64,000 bases of DNA, taken from the human T2T-CHM13v2.0 reference genome, Homo sapiens. The notes beneath the pieces were generated by a model. It did no database searches, was not told the origin of the DNA, and worked only from the letters and a program-made list of their open reading frames with translations. The first letter of the stretch is position 1; each line of letters opens with the position of its first letter. Shown piece by piece: positions 1-17,720 of this stretch. The stretch lies in NCBI RefSeq assembly GCF_009914755.1, contig NC_060937.1. The stretch is one strand, 5' to 3'. Both the position numbers and the translations under genes were made by a program.

Positions 1-425
1 ATTTGAGCTTTTTAATGATTAGAACATATCTTTGCTTCTTAATCGTTATACTAATTTTCCAAATTCAACTGGTTTTATTATATGTGATAAGAAACGGTTA
101 CCTATTCTTAGTTGGCTCTGCCTTTTCAGTCACTTTTTATCAAATATCTCTGGCTCACCAGGAGACGAGTAGTCTAGCCATATGTAAATAAGTAGAAGTT
201 TCAGGCCTCCCTGAGCAGGAAGGTAAAGTCCAGTGATACTGACATATCCTTCCTACTCCTCCCCTTCCCCACCCCATCACCATCCCAACCTGTGATAATT
301 CGTCTTGTTTGGTTAGTTGAGAGAAAAAGCAAACCTTTTCAGTTCAAGAAGAATGAAAAGATTGTGTTATGTATTGTGTCAAATTGAAAATATTTATAGT
401 TCCTTCTTGACGTGTTTGATTATAG

Positions 426-537
426 GTCACACCAGATGTATTACATGTTTGGCTTCCTATTTCTGGTGTTTATCATTTTGGTTATTACCTGTTCTGAAGC
501 AACTATACTTCTTTGCTATTTCCACCTATGTGCAGAG
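426..537 (+). CDS. TM9SF2: TM9SF2 internal coding exon (third from last)
   Basis: Acceptor tatAG|G and donor GAG|GTATGT. 112 nt reading (W)[37 protein letters not shown], a nonaspanin transmembrane segment. Phase joins the next exon. Confidence 0.96.
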
Positions 538-1413
538 GTATGTATTAGCAGTATTCACTTATGTTAATTTGTAGACAGTAACTTTGGCATATTGCAATTT
601 GTATATTATTAATTAAAATAATTTCTGTAGATGTATGTTTATTATGATAGACATTGACCTGTATTCCTAAATCAAATGTAACCTTCTTTAGGATTAAGAT
701 ATCCCAGTTCAGTATATTTAGTTGGAAATTACTATTAGAGACTTTAACTTGTTAATTTTCTGAGAATAGTATGTTGTGCTAACTTTTTACTGTTGTTTTT
801 TAACTGACTTAAAAATTAATACTTTTGTGATACAAATATTTATATCATGCCTGAGATAAAAGAATATAAAATAATCTATTAAAAAATACAAAAAAAATTT
901 TAGACTGAAAATTTAATAAAAGTAAACTAGTAAGAAAATTCATTAAAAAGTTTCTATAATCACATTGTAATGAGTTCTATTCATGGCAGCACCAAAATGA
1001 TAGTATCCTTATGTAATAGGTAGAATTGAATTTTAAAGATTTAGGTTGTGTTAAATCTACTATTTAATATTGTCTATATTGGAGAAAAAGCTAACTTTAT
1101 TAAACTTAGTGTGTTATTCAAAAAATGGAGGTTAAATTTACATAACAGAAAATGAACCATTTTGAAGTGGACGGTTTAATGGCACTTACTGCATTTACAG
1201 TGTTGCGCCACCACCACCTCTGTTTAGTTCCAAAATATTTTTATCACCCCTAATTAAAGCCCTATACTTGCTGAGCAGTTGCTCCTCATTCCTCACTTCC
1301 CCCAGGCCTTAGCAGCCAACGGTCTGCTTTCTGTCTGTTTTGCCTGTTCAGACATTTCTTACAAATTGAATCATATAATATGTGACCTTTTGTGTGTGGC
1401 TTCTTTGACTTAG

Positions 1414-1777
<364 letters not shown>

Positions 1778-2484
1778 ACTTCATTCCTTTTTATGGCAGA
1801 ATGATAAATTTGTTTATCCATTTATCCATTGGTGGGCATTTGTATTGTTTCTACTTTTTGGCTGTTGTGAATAGTGCTGCTGTGAACATTCATGTACAAG
1901 TGTTCGTTTGAATACCTGTTTTTGGTTTTGAGGTATATATCTAGGAGTGGAATCACTGGGTCATATGGTAGTTCTGTTCAATTTTTTGAGGAACTACCAA
2001 ACTTTTCCACAGTGGTTGTGCCGTTTTACATTCCCACCAGCAGTGGTGTACAAAGGTTCCAATTCTCCGTATCTTTGCCAACACTTACCTTCCATTTTTG
2101 AAAAAATTGTAGCTGTCTTCGTGGGTGTGAAGCGGTGTCTCATTCTGGTTTTGATTTGCATTTCCACAGTGACTAATGATGAGCATTTGTACTTGTGTTT
2201 GTTAGCCATTTGTATATCTTCTTTGGAGAAATAGCTATTCAAGTCCTTTGCCTATTTTTAAATTTGTTTGTCTTTTTGTTGAGTTGTAAGAGTTTATTTA
2301 TTTATTCTGAATAGTAGATCTTTATCAGATTGTTATTTGCAGTTCTGGTTCTATAGGTTATCCTTTTCACTTTCTTGATAATGTCCTTTGCACAAAAGTT
2401 TTAAATTTTGATGAGGTCAAATGTATCTGTTTTTTTTTCTTCCGTTGCTTATGCTTTTGGTGTCATATCTAAGAATTATTATCA

Positions 2485-2780
<296 letters not shown>

Positions 2781-3614
2781 GAATTATTGCCAAATTCAAG
2801 GTTATGAAGATTTACCCCCATGTTTTCTTCTAAGTGTTATAGCTTTACCTCATGTATTTAAGTCATTGATCTATTTTGAGTTAGCTTTTGTATTTTGTGT
2901 GATGTAGTGTCCAGCTACATTATTTGACGTGTGGATATCCAGTTATCCAGCACCATTTGTTGAAGAGGCTGTTCTTTCCTCATTTAATGGTCTTGGCAAT
3001 CTTGTCAAAAATCAATTGACCATAGATGTATGGGTTTATTTCTGGACTCTCAATACTATTCCAGTGGTCTATATGCTGCCCTTAGGCCTGTACCACACTA
3101 TTTTGATTACTGTGGCTTCGTAGTAAGTTTTGAAATCAAAAAGGCTGAGTCCTCCAGCTTTGCTCTTTTTTATGATTGTTTTGACTATTTGGAGCCCCTT
3201 GCAATTCCATTTGAATTTGAGGATTAACTTTTCCAATCTGCAAAAATTGAATCATTGGATTATTGGAATTATGATAGGGATTACATTAGATCTGTAGATC
3301 ATTTTGAAGAGTATTGCTGTCTTAACAGTGTTAAGTCTAATAGTACGTAAACATGGGATGTCTTTCCATTTGCCTAGGTCTTCTGTCATTTCTTTCAGCA
3401 GAATTTTAGAGTTTTCATTGTGCAAGTCTTCCACTTCCTTGGTTGAATTTATTCCTAGGTATTTTATTCTTTTGGGTGCTATTTTAAATGGAATTGGGTT
3501 TTTAAATTTTCTTCTCAGATTGCTCATTGCTGGTGTGTAAAAACAAAACCGACTTTTGTATGTTGATCTTATACCCTGCAATTTTGCTGCATTTGTTGAT
3601 TAGCTGTTGCATTT

Positions 3615-3643
3615 TGTGTGTGTGTGTGTGTGTATGTGTGTGT
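3615..3643. repeat. (TG)n microsatellite
   Basis: tgtgtgtgtgtgtgtgtgtatgtgtgtgt. Confidence 0.9.
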
Positions 3644-4254
3644 ATTTAGGATTTTCTAGTCTCAGTTTGCTTTTCGAATATATTTGTTTTTCACATATTC
3701 CAAAGGGCAAGAGAGATAGTGAAGTGTTCTCTTTTAAAAGATCTTCTGTTAAGCTATAAGCCACTTAAAAGCAAGAAGAGCTATTTTAATCATCTGCCTT
3801 GTTTAAATTATGTTAGTAATAGCTGAAATTGGATTCCAACCAGGCCTTAGTAGAATAATCTTCTTCCTAATACAGAGTTGACCAGACTTTAATACAAGTA
3901 GTATTAATGTCGAGCCCTGTGAGTAAGTTGTAAGCTATTTGCACATCGCTTTTCTTTGGGAAGAATAAATTTTGAAATACAGCCTAATGTTTTATTATTC
4001 ATAAACAGTTTAAGCTGCTTCCACACATTTTTAGCCAGTTTTTAAGCAGCCCCACCAAAGACAGTGGGTGCTTCTTAGCACCTTTAGTGAGGAGAGTGGA
4101 ATGGGTGAAGTTCAATAGGAGAAAGAGCCTGGAACTGATAGCAGAAATTAGATTGGGGGCTGTCTCATTTATTATGCTTGCTTTGAACCTTAGTAAGCTA
4201 CATCTTATCTATTAATTGGAATGTAATTCTTGTTCTTTTTTCTTTACTACCTAG

Positions 4255-4426
4255 GATTATCATTGGCAATGGCGTTCATTCCTTACGAGTGGCTTTACTG
4301 CAGTTTATTTCTTAATCTATGCAGTACACTACTTCTTTTCAAAACTGCAGATCACGGGAACAGCAAGCACAATTCTGTACTTTGGTTATACCATGATAAT
4401 GGTTTTGATCTTCTTTCTTTTTACAG
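4255..4426 (+). CDS. TM9SF2: TM9SF2 penultimate coding exon
   Basis: Polypyrimidine tract, ctAG|GAT acceptor, ACAG|GTAAAA donor. 172 nt reading DYHWQWRSFLTSGFTAVYFLIYAVHYFFSKLQITGTASTILYFGYTMIMVLIFFLFT(G). Confidence 0.97.
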
Positions 4427-5554
4427 GTAAAATTATAATTTAAGTGATTATTTTTATTTTGTAAGTTTTTAGACAAATAACTTATAAATGTTTGTCTTTT
4501 TTAAAACCCATGAAGGCTTATTCTGTTAGTGCTCCCATATTTAGTCCTCAGCACAACTAGGCATAGTTGGGTCTGCCCACCTGTGAGTTGCATAAAGATG
4601 ATGAAACAGAAGCTGGGGAAGAAGGCTAAACAGGGTCATAATTGTGGTAAAGGTTCAGGGACGCATGGGCCAGTACAGCTCATGGTTTTCGTCTGTTAAC
4701 CTCTTAAAGGTACACACAGTCCTTTTTTTTTTTTTTTGCCACTTCAGAAATAGGGTAGAAGCTATAGTGACTTAAGTTTAGGAGTAAGTAGAAATTGAGG
4801 AGGTGAAGTCAAGATGAGGCTGAGAGTAGGTAGGGGATATCAAGGAAAGATAATGGGACATTCCTTAATCTAGAAGCTTTTATCTCCACTTTAAAATTCA
4901 AGCATTGAACAGGATATAGTGTGTATTTTATTGGTATTTATTTTATATATGTATATATCTTCTCTATCCAACTAGATGAAAGTTTTCGGTATCTCACAGC
5001 CCCGGGTGCTTGGTAAACATTTGTCGCGTGAGTGACTGAACTTAGGAATTATAGCACCTTCCTTTGTCACAAGTAACGCTGCCCGAAGCGTGCATCTAAA
5101 ATGTTAGCTCCTCACGCATGTCATGGAAGAAAATGCAGGAGCCAAAAAGAAAAAAGAACAAGTTTTTTTCCTCCAATTAAAACTGTTCTACTTTTCACTC
5201 ATCTGTTAGCATTTCAGAGCCTGGAGTCGGGTTTTGAAGGGCCTCTGCTGCTCTCTCAGGCTTAAGGCACTTCCATCGATTCTGTATTCCAGGTCATTGA
5301 TCAGACATGGTGGGGTGCGTGTCTTGGTGCTACGTGATAAATTTAGGTCCAGAGCTGTAAATTTTAATAAATCATCTATAAAACAGCAGTAGCCAGTGAA
5401 ACAAGGAATGACTGTTTTTGTGCCCTGTGTGTCCATAAATGCATATACAGAATAATTTATTCCTAGCCTACACACAAAAAATAACGATCATTGTGAATAT
5501 CTGTTGTTTTTCCAGACATATGATACAGAAAATGATAGCTTAACCATCACCTAA

Positions 5555-5873
<319 letters not shown>

Positions 5874-6689
5874 GATTTTGTTTTTTAAAGTGTTATATTT
5901 TCATTCATTCAGAGTTGAATTTTGTAATCTGAATTATGGAGTCATATCAAATGGAACCAACCAGTTAAACCAGTAACTTATAGTGTATTTCACTTTCTTC
6001 AATTGTATTTTTCCTTTAGTGAACAGGTGGAAGCATTCTGGATAAGGGAGTAGTGAGCCCTTTAAATGCCTTACCTTTCTCTAAAATAGGGTATGGTCTG
6101 TATTTGCTTCAGTACTCCAGAGCAATGCCATTTTATTGTATTTAAGTCAATCCATTTTACAAAACAGAAGTAATTATTCTGTCACAAAAGGAAAGACGCC
6201 ACTTTTAGTACGTACATATATTCCATATTAAGAACAAAATTAAGTAACTAAACTTAAGTTTCTTAGAGTTGCCTGGATAGTGATTAAATGTTCTTCTCAT
6301 CTTAAAATATTGTTTGTCATCTTGAAATTTATGCAAGTAAGTACAAAGTTATATAAATATACTGAGTTTTCATTATTGCTTTTCTGAAATTAACCCCAGC
6401 CCTAGCCTGAATAATTATCCTTTTGACTATGCAAAAGGTATATTTGTATGTCCTCCAAAACACACATTGTGCTTTGCATATAGTAGGGCCTCAATACATG
6501 TACAATGTAAGGATGGATATAATGATGTTTGTAATTTCCCACGGTAATGTCCCATGTATAGTCTCTTGATTTAGAAAATCTCCTTTAATATTTTCTCAGA
6601 GTACTGCATTTAAAACAATGGTGAAAACCATTGGGACTTTAAATGTAAAATTTATACAAGGATTATTTATAGTCCCTTATGTGTGCATG

Positions 6690-7055
6690 TGCAAGGAGTA
6701 CTATGCTTGAAGTCAGAAAAAACGCATTTGATTTCTGGCCACAAGTACCATCCATGTGACCATGAGACAGTCACTTAACCCCTTTGAACCTCATTTTTGT
6801 CTCATTGAAAGAGTGTCCCCATCTAGCATTCAAATTCTTTGGAATCTAGACTGATACCTGAAAATCAAGCCATACATTGTTTTCATGAATTATCTCATTT
6901 ACTCTACATAATAGTCTATGGAGGCAATGAGGACAGATAAATTTCTCCCTAGTTAATATGATAAATGGGCTTGGAGATGTCAGTGGACTTGCCCAAGGAT
7001 GTCACACACAGTTTGTGACAGAGCTGCTCTGTTCTCTGCTACCATGCTGTCCCTC
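6690..7055. mobile_element. MIR fragments
   Basis: MIR core-like motifs: agtcacttaaccccttt..cctcatttt and gacttgcccaaggatgtcacacacag. Confidence 0.55.
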
Positions 7056-7583
7056 ATTTTCAGCTAGGATGCATTTTTGTTACTATCTAATCATGTCACT
7101 TTTAACATTTTGTAAAAACTTACTGAGTTATTTTATTATAATTCTTTGAAGACTGATAACTTCCAATAACTGTACTTAGAAAATATCCCCATTTAATCAT
7201 TATTTGAACCTGTTTTAATGTATTCATCTCATACCTTAAAAAATTCTAGTAGCGTTTTCCATTTTGTTGTAAAATATTCTTAAATAGGAAAGGACAGTTG
7301 ACATCCTTCAGTCTTTTCTATGTAGTAAGGAAAATAATGTGTATTGTAGAAAGCTTAGGTAATCTTATAGTAGAAAAAAGTTCTACCAATTTTTGTAAGA
7401 AACTTGATTTGAGGTGGTCGTATATTTTTCAGACGTGCTCATAGATCTGTAGTATATTCCCGGTGGGTAATAGTTTATAGTTTTGCGACTTTTTTAAGGA
7501 ACCAGTCATTGTAAGTCTGTATTTTTGTGTAAAGTATGAAACTTCCTTTGAAAAGGGGTTTATTTTTATTTTTTCTCTTATAG

Positions 7584-7651
7584 GAACAATTGGCTTCTTT
7601 GCATGCTTTTGGTTTGTTACCAAAATATACAGTGTGGTGAAGGTTGACTGA
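7584..7651 (+). CDS. TM9SF2: TM9SF2 last coding exon
   Basis: Acceptor ttatAG|GA. Reads (G)TIGFFACFWFVTKIYSVVKVD with TGA at 7649-7651. The terminal KVD fits the nonaspanin KxD/E Golgi-retention motif. Confidence 0.97.
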
Positions 7652-8290
7652 AGAAGTCCAGTGTGTCCAGTTAAAACAGAAATAAATTAAACTCTTCATC
7701 AACAAAGACCTGTTTTTGTGACTGCCTTGAGTTTTATCAGAATTATTGGCCTAGTAATCCTTCAGAAACACCGTAATTCTAAATAAACCTCTTCCCATAC
7801 ACCTTTCCCCCATAAGATGTGTCTTCAACACTATAAAGCATTTGTATTGTGATTTGATTAAGTATATATTTGGTTGTTCTCAATGAAGAGCAAATTTAAA
7901 TATTATGTGCATTTGTAAATACAGTAGCTATAAAATTTTCCATACTTCTAATGGCAGAATAGAGGAGGCCATATTAAATAATACTGATGAAAGGCAGGAC
8001 ACTGCATTGTAAATAGGATTTTCTAGGCTCGGTAGGCAGAAAGAATTATTTTTCTTTGAAGGAAATAACTTTTTATCATGGTAATTTTGAAGGATGATTC
8101 CTATGATGTGTTCACCAGGGGAATGTGGCTTTTAAAGAAAATCTTCTATTGGTTGTAACTGTTCATATCTTCTTACTTTTCTGTGTTGACTTCATTATTC
8201 CCATGGTATTGGCCTTTTAAACTATGTGCCTCTGAGTCTTTCAATTTATAAATTTGTTATCTTAATAAATATTATAAAAATGTCTTCATT
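7652..8290 (+). other. TM9SF2: TM9SF2 3' UTR (may extend to about 8900)
   Basis: AT-rich, repeat-free sequence after the stop. AATAAA at 7681, 7782 and 8264; ATTAAA at 8878. Confidence 0.8.
8264..8269 (+). terminator. Candidate main polyadenylation signal of TM9SF2
   Basis: AATAAA in U-rich context about 610 nt after the stop. Confidence 0.65.
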
Positions 8291-8856
8291 GCATCATTAC
8301 CTATTATATATTCAAGGAGGTTCTGTAAATACAGATCTATTTACCAAGGTGTTTTGAAATGATTTATACTATTTTATCAGATTTTACTGGATTTTGTTAA
8401 TGTAACACTTTCTGAGTTTTGATCTGAATGGAATTTCACTGTGTAAGGCATTGTCTAAAATGTTCACTGTGAGGCAGTAGAGGAGGTTGAAGTCATGCAT
8501 ATCTAGACAGATGAATTATCTGCAAGTACTTAAGGTGGAGCCTTACTACATTGTCATTAAGGAGTTTCTATTTTTGACTTGTTTTTCAAAATACAGTGTT
8601 TTAAGTCAGGTTTTATTACCTGGACATTAGCAATCACTAGCAAGTCTTCATCTTTATTATTTCATTGTTTTAATTTAGATTTCACAAACAGTTTTACTTC
8701 TAAGAGTTAAGAAATGCACTGTCTTTCACATTCATCTGACTAATTGAAATCCATTTATGTAGAATATAGGAATGGGGGGTGATTCTGAAGTATCGGTCTG
8801 CTTGTATCTGTGAGCATATTCATTTGTATTTTAGGGTCTCTCTGCTTGCTGCTTAG

Positions 8857-9244
<388 letters not shown>

Positions 9245-9398
9245 TGAATAATTTTATGTCACTGTCCTTTTTTAAAAAAACGGACCTGTTGGTTTTGAAG
9301 AGTAAAGGAGGAGCTCTGTTCATTTTTAACATGGAGTATTTAAGATAGAAGAGTTTCTTTCAGTTTTATGTATCTCTTGTATTTATTTTTTATGGGTA

Positions 9399-9715
9399 GA
9401 GTTGTCCCTTAGTATTTATGGGAGATTGGTTCCAGAACCCTTGTGGTTACCAAAAATCCATGGATGCTCAAGTCCTTGATATAAAAATGGCAAGTATTTG
9501 CAAATAATCTATGTACATCCTCCCATGTGCTTTAAATCATCTCTAGTTTACTCACAATACCTCATACAATGTAAGTGCTCTGTAAAACTTGTTATACTCT
9601 ATTTTCCATTTGTATTTTTATTGTATTGGTTTTTTAAAATTTATTTTCGAGCATTTTTGATCTGTTGTTGCTTAAATCTGCATATGCAGAACCCCCAGAT
9701 AAGGAAGGCCAACTG
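9399..9715 (+). mobile_element. MER2 (Tigger/TcMar non-autonomous DNA transposon)
   Basis: Matches the recalled MER2 consensus (ggagattggttccag..ccatggatgctcaagtcc..aaggccaactg). TA dinucleotides flank it at 9397-9398 and 9716-9717. Confidence 0.85.
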
Positions 9716-9878
9716 TAATTCTCTTAGGGAGCTGTTGAGATAGGCTGGTTGACTCAACAAAGAGAAGGTTTTAGTTTTTAAAAATCCTGATTGAGACACC
9801 AGATTAGTTTTTATTGGCCAAAGTTAAGTTTCTTCAATTTTATTTTTCCTTTAGTGAACAGTTAGCTTAGTGATTTAA

Positions 9879-10232
<354 letters not shown>

Positions 10233-10389
10233 CTTTTTCTTCATATATTTAAGTAACCGTATTTCACACGTAAACAGTGGAGAGGCAGTTGGGAAAATGA
10301 AATTGGAGTGATAAAGGAAAAGACTTAGGAGGGAGGGAGGGTGGAAAGCCGAGGAAGGAGACAGTGACAAGGAAGGCCTGCCAAGTGAG

Positions 10390-12335
<1,946 letters not shown>

Positions 12336-12667
12336 AGCCCTCCTATAGGTGTGACGAAAGCATAAAAATCGTAACCTTAAAACTTCTTAAGACACATAGA
12401 AGTGATTAAGGGCTTCCTTAAGCAAACTATTTCAGACATTGGTCATATAAATTTGTTTTAATACACAAATTCTATTGCACATTGGAATTTGTAACAGATT
12501 TTGGTGACAAGCGAAGAAAACCTAAAAGTCTTTCAAATGCAGCTGCTTCAAAGTTCTGGACCAAGTATGAGTCTCATGTTGCCAAAAGCCTTGTTTTAGA
12601 CCTGATAAAAACATCAAGACAAAGCATTTTAATATAGATCTGTTTTAGGGGTGTGTGTGTCTGTGTT

Positions 12668-12815
12668 TAGAAACAGGGTCTCACTCTTGCCCAGGCTGGA
12701 GTGCAGTGGTGCAATCACAGCTCACTGTAACCTCGACCTCCTGGGCTCAAAGCAGTCCTCCTGCCTCAGCCTTTCAAGTAGATGGGACTGCAGGTGCAGG
12801 CCACCACTTCTGGCT
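12668..12815 (-). mobile_element. Alu right-arm fragment (AluJ/FRAM-like)
   Basis: Single diverged arm. Confidence 0.8.
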
Positions 12816-12832
12816 CGTTTTATTTTAATATA

Positions 12833-13247
12833 TGTATTAGTTTGCAAGGGCTGCCATAATAAAGCACCACAGAATGGGTGCCTTAGACAACAGAAATGTA
12901 TTTTCTTATGTTCTGGATGCTAGAAGTCCAAGCACAAGGTGTCCACATGTCTGGTTTTTCCTGAGGCCTCGCTCCTGGGCTTGCAGACAGCCACCTTCTC
13001 CCTGTCCTTGTGTCTTCAAATGGTCTTTTCTCCATGCATGCACATCCCTGGTGTCTCTTTGTGTGTCCAAATTTCCTCCTATGAGGACACCAGTCAGACT
13101 GATAGAGCCCACCTGTAATACATATAACCTCATTTAATCTGAGTGACCTCTTTAAAGGCCCTATCTTCAAACACAGTCACCTTCAGAAGTACTGGGAGTT
13201 AGGGCTTCAAATATGAATTTTAGGAGGAAACAATTTGGCCCATAATA
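12833..13247 (-). mobile_element. MLT1-type MaLR LTR
   Basis: tgtattagtttgcaagggctgccataataaagcaccacagaatgggtgcctta..gttagggcttcaa. Confidence 0.8.
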
Positions 13248-13410
13248 ATGCACTTCCTCTAAAGATGCTGTATCAAGTGAGAACAACAGGATTCTTTTTT
13301 TTACTAGAATCCTTTCGGCAGTAAAGTCAAAACCATCCACTGAACCAAGCACCACAGGGAATTCACTCTTGGATCACTGTTATGTCAGTGACCCCCGCCA
13401 GAAGGAACTC

Positions 13411-14280
13411 TATTGCGGGATCTGGCCAGCATCCTGCAATGCAACGGGGCTCTTTCCTTGTTCCTAGGCGGATCGGCAGGTCGAGAAATAATAGACACAC
13501 ACACAAGATAGTGAAAGCTGGGTCCTGGGGGGTCACTGCCTTCTGGTCCTGCGATGCCGCCAATGCACTGGATTTACCAGCATTTATTGTTAAGTTTAGT
13601 GAGGGTGGGAGTAGGTTAGTGAGGGATTTAGAGTCATTTGATTATGAAGTGAGATGGTCACATGGGGATGAAGTAATTCTTTAACATAACATCTGTATGC
13701 AGAAGTACAGTATACAGAGATAAGAATTTACAATATAGTGTGTGTGTCAGTAATTTTTAACAGAGCCTTAAAACAGAAAACACAGTCTTTCCATAACCTA
13801 TGATTAGCAAGATATTAATCAGCAGTAACAGTTGCAGCAAAAGCTGGTTACAAACAATCCATAGAAACAGGCCATGAAGCTAGACAGCCAGTTAGACCAG
13901 AAATTCTCAGAAGGGAGTATGCCTTAACCCTAAAGAGGCCTAGAAGGCAAGATGAGGGCGTTTATAGCCCTGTCTTATCCATATGAACAGGCACCCCCCA
14001 TGCGTCCGTTTATAGGCTCTCCACAAGGGTCACGTTCCATTCCCAGAGCTATGAACATCTGCTTTTCTGGGATAGGAATCTTGGTGATGTGAAACCTCCC
14101 TGACTGCACGTCCGTTCATAGGCTCTCTGCAGGGGGAAGCACATCACATGCTGTTGGCTCATTCTGGCAGTCCAACCTGGCATTGTCTTTACACAATCCT
14201 GCGTGCAACTTTGTATTTACAATAATCAGGAGCATTTCATCTTTTATTCCATAGCAATAGTTTCAGGGGGTCTTCCTACA
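13411..14280 (-). mobile_element. Solo LTR, MER11D-like (ERVK class)
   Basis: 870 bp. Minus strand begins TGTAGGAAGACCCCCTGAAACTATTGCTATGGAATAAAAG and ends CCCGCAATA. Perfect 6-bp TSD GAACTC at 13405-13410 and 14281-14286. Minus-strand AATAAA at 13583-13588. Confidence 0.85.
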
Positions 14281-14559
14281 GAACTCAGTGTCTAGGGTCT
14301 GGGGTGGCACTCCTCTGGCCAGGGCTCCCACACCTGACAGACAAAGCCTGGAGATTAACAAGGCTACAAGGGTATTGGCGCCATGACAAGGCCTCTGCAA
14401 GCAAATGGAGAATTATACCCCATAGAGGATAAAGGGTTTTTTCCTGGGCTTGGTTTGTGTTCTGTAATCAGATCATTGTTTTATTTGAGAAGTCTTGCTT
14501 TTGATATAACCAAAACTGCTCAGGAAAAAAAAAAAAAAAAAAAGCAGGGTTGGTGGGGT

Positions 14560-14860
14560 GGATGCAATGGCTCATGCCTGTAATCCTAGCACTTTGGGAG
14601 GCTGAGGTAGGAGGATTGATTGCTTGAGTCCAAGAGTTCGAGACCATCCTGGGCAACAAAATGAGACCCCCATCTCTACAAAAAAAAAAAAAAAAAAAAT
14701 TGGCATGGTTGCACGTGCCTGTGGTCCCAGCTACACAGGAGTCTGAGACAGGAGGATCACTTGAACCCAGGAAGTTAAGGCTGCAGTGAGCCATGATTGT
14801 ACCACTGTACTCCAACCTGGGCAACAGAGTGAGACCCTGCCTCCAAAAAAAAAAAAAAAA
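14560..14860 (+). mobile_element. Alu (AluJ-like)
   Basis: Dimer with expanded middle A tract and poly-A tail. Confidence 0.9.
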
Positions 14861-14992
14861 AGCTCAGCTGTTGGGAAAGGTTTTTTAAACCTTTTAAAAC
14901 CCTCAGAAAGAAAGGTCTCTCCCTATGAATAGCAGGACATTCTGGGGCTTCATTAATATGTAAATATATGTCATTAAGAAAATGTTTTTTCT

Positions 14993-15299
<307 letters not shown>

Positions 15300-15465
15300 T
15301 CATATTTGTATTTTGTGTTCTATAGCCCAAGTAGATGGTGACCATAATTTCTCTGCCTACAAGGTTCTATATGTAGAAAATCATGCTTTTCTTTCTCAGA
15401 TATTTTGATGGAACCAAACCTGTTTCCTATGACTGATTTGTTCTCTCCTTTACTATGTAATTTGA

Positions 15466-15826
<361 letters not shown>

Positions 15827-15913
15827 TCCACTGGATTTCTTCACCTCACTCTCTTGAACTTCATATACACATGCTCAAATTTGATTCTTTTTTCCCTTTT
15901 ATTTTTTGACCTA

Positions 15914-16271
<358 letters not shown>

Positions 16272-17489
16272 TTAGTGAAGAAGAAAGCATGGCTCTAAAA
16301 AGTCCTGTTAATTCCTTCGGATATTTTTAGCCAAAAGTGGTCTAGGCCACGTGAGTGGTGTTGACCATGATAAATAAATAGCACTATAATAGGTCACAGG
16401 TCATTAATTTCTCTGAAAAGAGTTAAATATGAGATATAAGTTGGAAATGATATATTTAAGGATTAGAGTCCACTTTTTAAAAGGTTTTTACTGATAGCTT
16501 ACAATTAATGACATTGTATACATTCAAATTTAAATCAGGTTTTAAAAATACGCTAAATGTTTTAGGGTTAGCATTATTATCAAAGAAAATCATAGGCTGT
16601 CCAGGTCAGAGAGAACAAGGCTCCTCTGGCTCATGCTAAAGCCAGACAAATTGTGCCACAGTTGACTAGGACCATTTCATAGACAGTGGTGAACCGAGGC
16701 AGTGACTCTGTTGACTGGGAACGGCTCATAGCCCGCTCTAAGCTGATACGAGCCACACTGGCATGAGCCACACTGCAGGGCACTCCTGCTGGCTTCCTGC
16801 TTCAGCAGTGCCAAGGGAAAGGAGCTGGGGACTTAGAACTCATCCCAAGACACAGCCACGGGGCCACAGCCACACTACAGGTCCCCTCGCAGGTGGCCAC
16901 CACCGCCAGGACCCAGAGCCACCTTCCAGACTTGCCACTACTCTGCCCTGGATGATGTGACTTGGAAGAACTTTGCCAGCCCCTTGAGGAGAGGAGACAT
17001 GCTGACACACTGATGATGCCACAGAATTGAAGTGGCAGAATCTTCTTCTGGACATCAGTAACCCAGATGGGAAGGACTGGGAACACCTGGGTGTAATGGA
17101 TTCGCTTCACGCTGGAGAAATGTGAGTTGGTTGTTGCTGGAATTGCACAAAGTATCCCCAGCAAAAATCCCTTCCTACTCTGGCAAACGTGCTGGCAGAC
17201 AGTGACGACTTGATGCAGCAATGCGTGTCTGGGTTAGCTTTCGTCATCCCAGAACCATCCACCCCCTTCGTCAACCTCCTGCCCAACATATCTGTGGTGC
17301 GTGTACGTGAATGGGCACTCGTGTGTGTGTGAGAGAGGGAGTATGTGTGTGTAAAGTGCAAGAGGAGGTGGCATGAAGGGACACAGGCTGTAGTGTCAGC
17401 TAAGGGTGTGTTTCACTCCAGCTCTAGGACCCCTGAGCAACTCAGTATAGAGCCCCGGGCCAGAGTAATGTGTCCCCATCCTCTGCACT

Positions 17490-17720
17490 CTGCACTCCTA
17501 ATACTTCAGAACACTGACGTTTGCCAGCTCTCCTATCTCAAATATCATTCATATTATTGTCTACCTCTGCTGACCTGTCCTCCAAAATACATCACAAACT
17601 TCTCAAAAGCAGGAAGGGCCCCTTCTATTTGTCTCTGGCTCACACCCAGGGCATAACAGTACTTTGCACATAGGAGGCGCGTATTTACACATAGGAGGCG
17701 CGTATTTATTGACTGAAACT
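17490..17720 (+). mobile_element. L2 3'-end remnant
   Basis: gcaggaagggcccc..cacacccagggcataacagtactttgcacataggagg..tatttattgactgaa. Confidence 0.55.

Noticed and set aside
317-574. ORF-track calls overlapping the TM9SF2 exons (also 4230-4430)
   Set aside because: They are in the wrong frames. The true frames are fixed by splice phase and the nonaspanin sequence.
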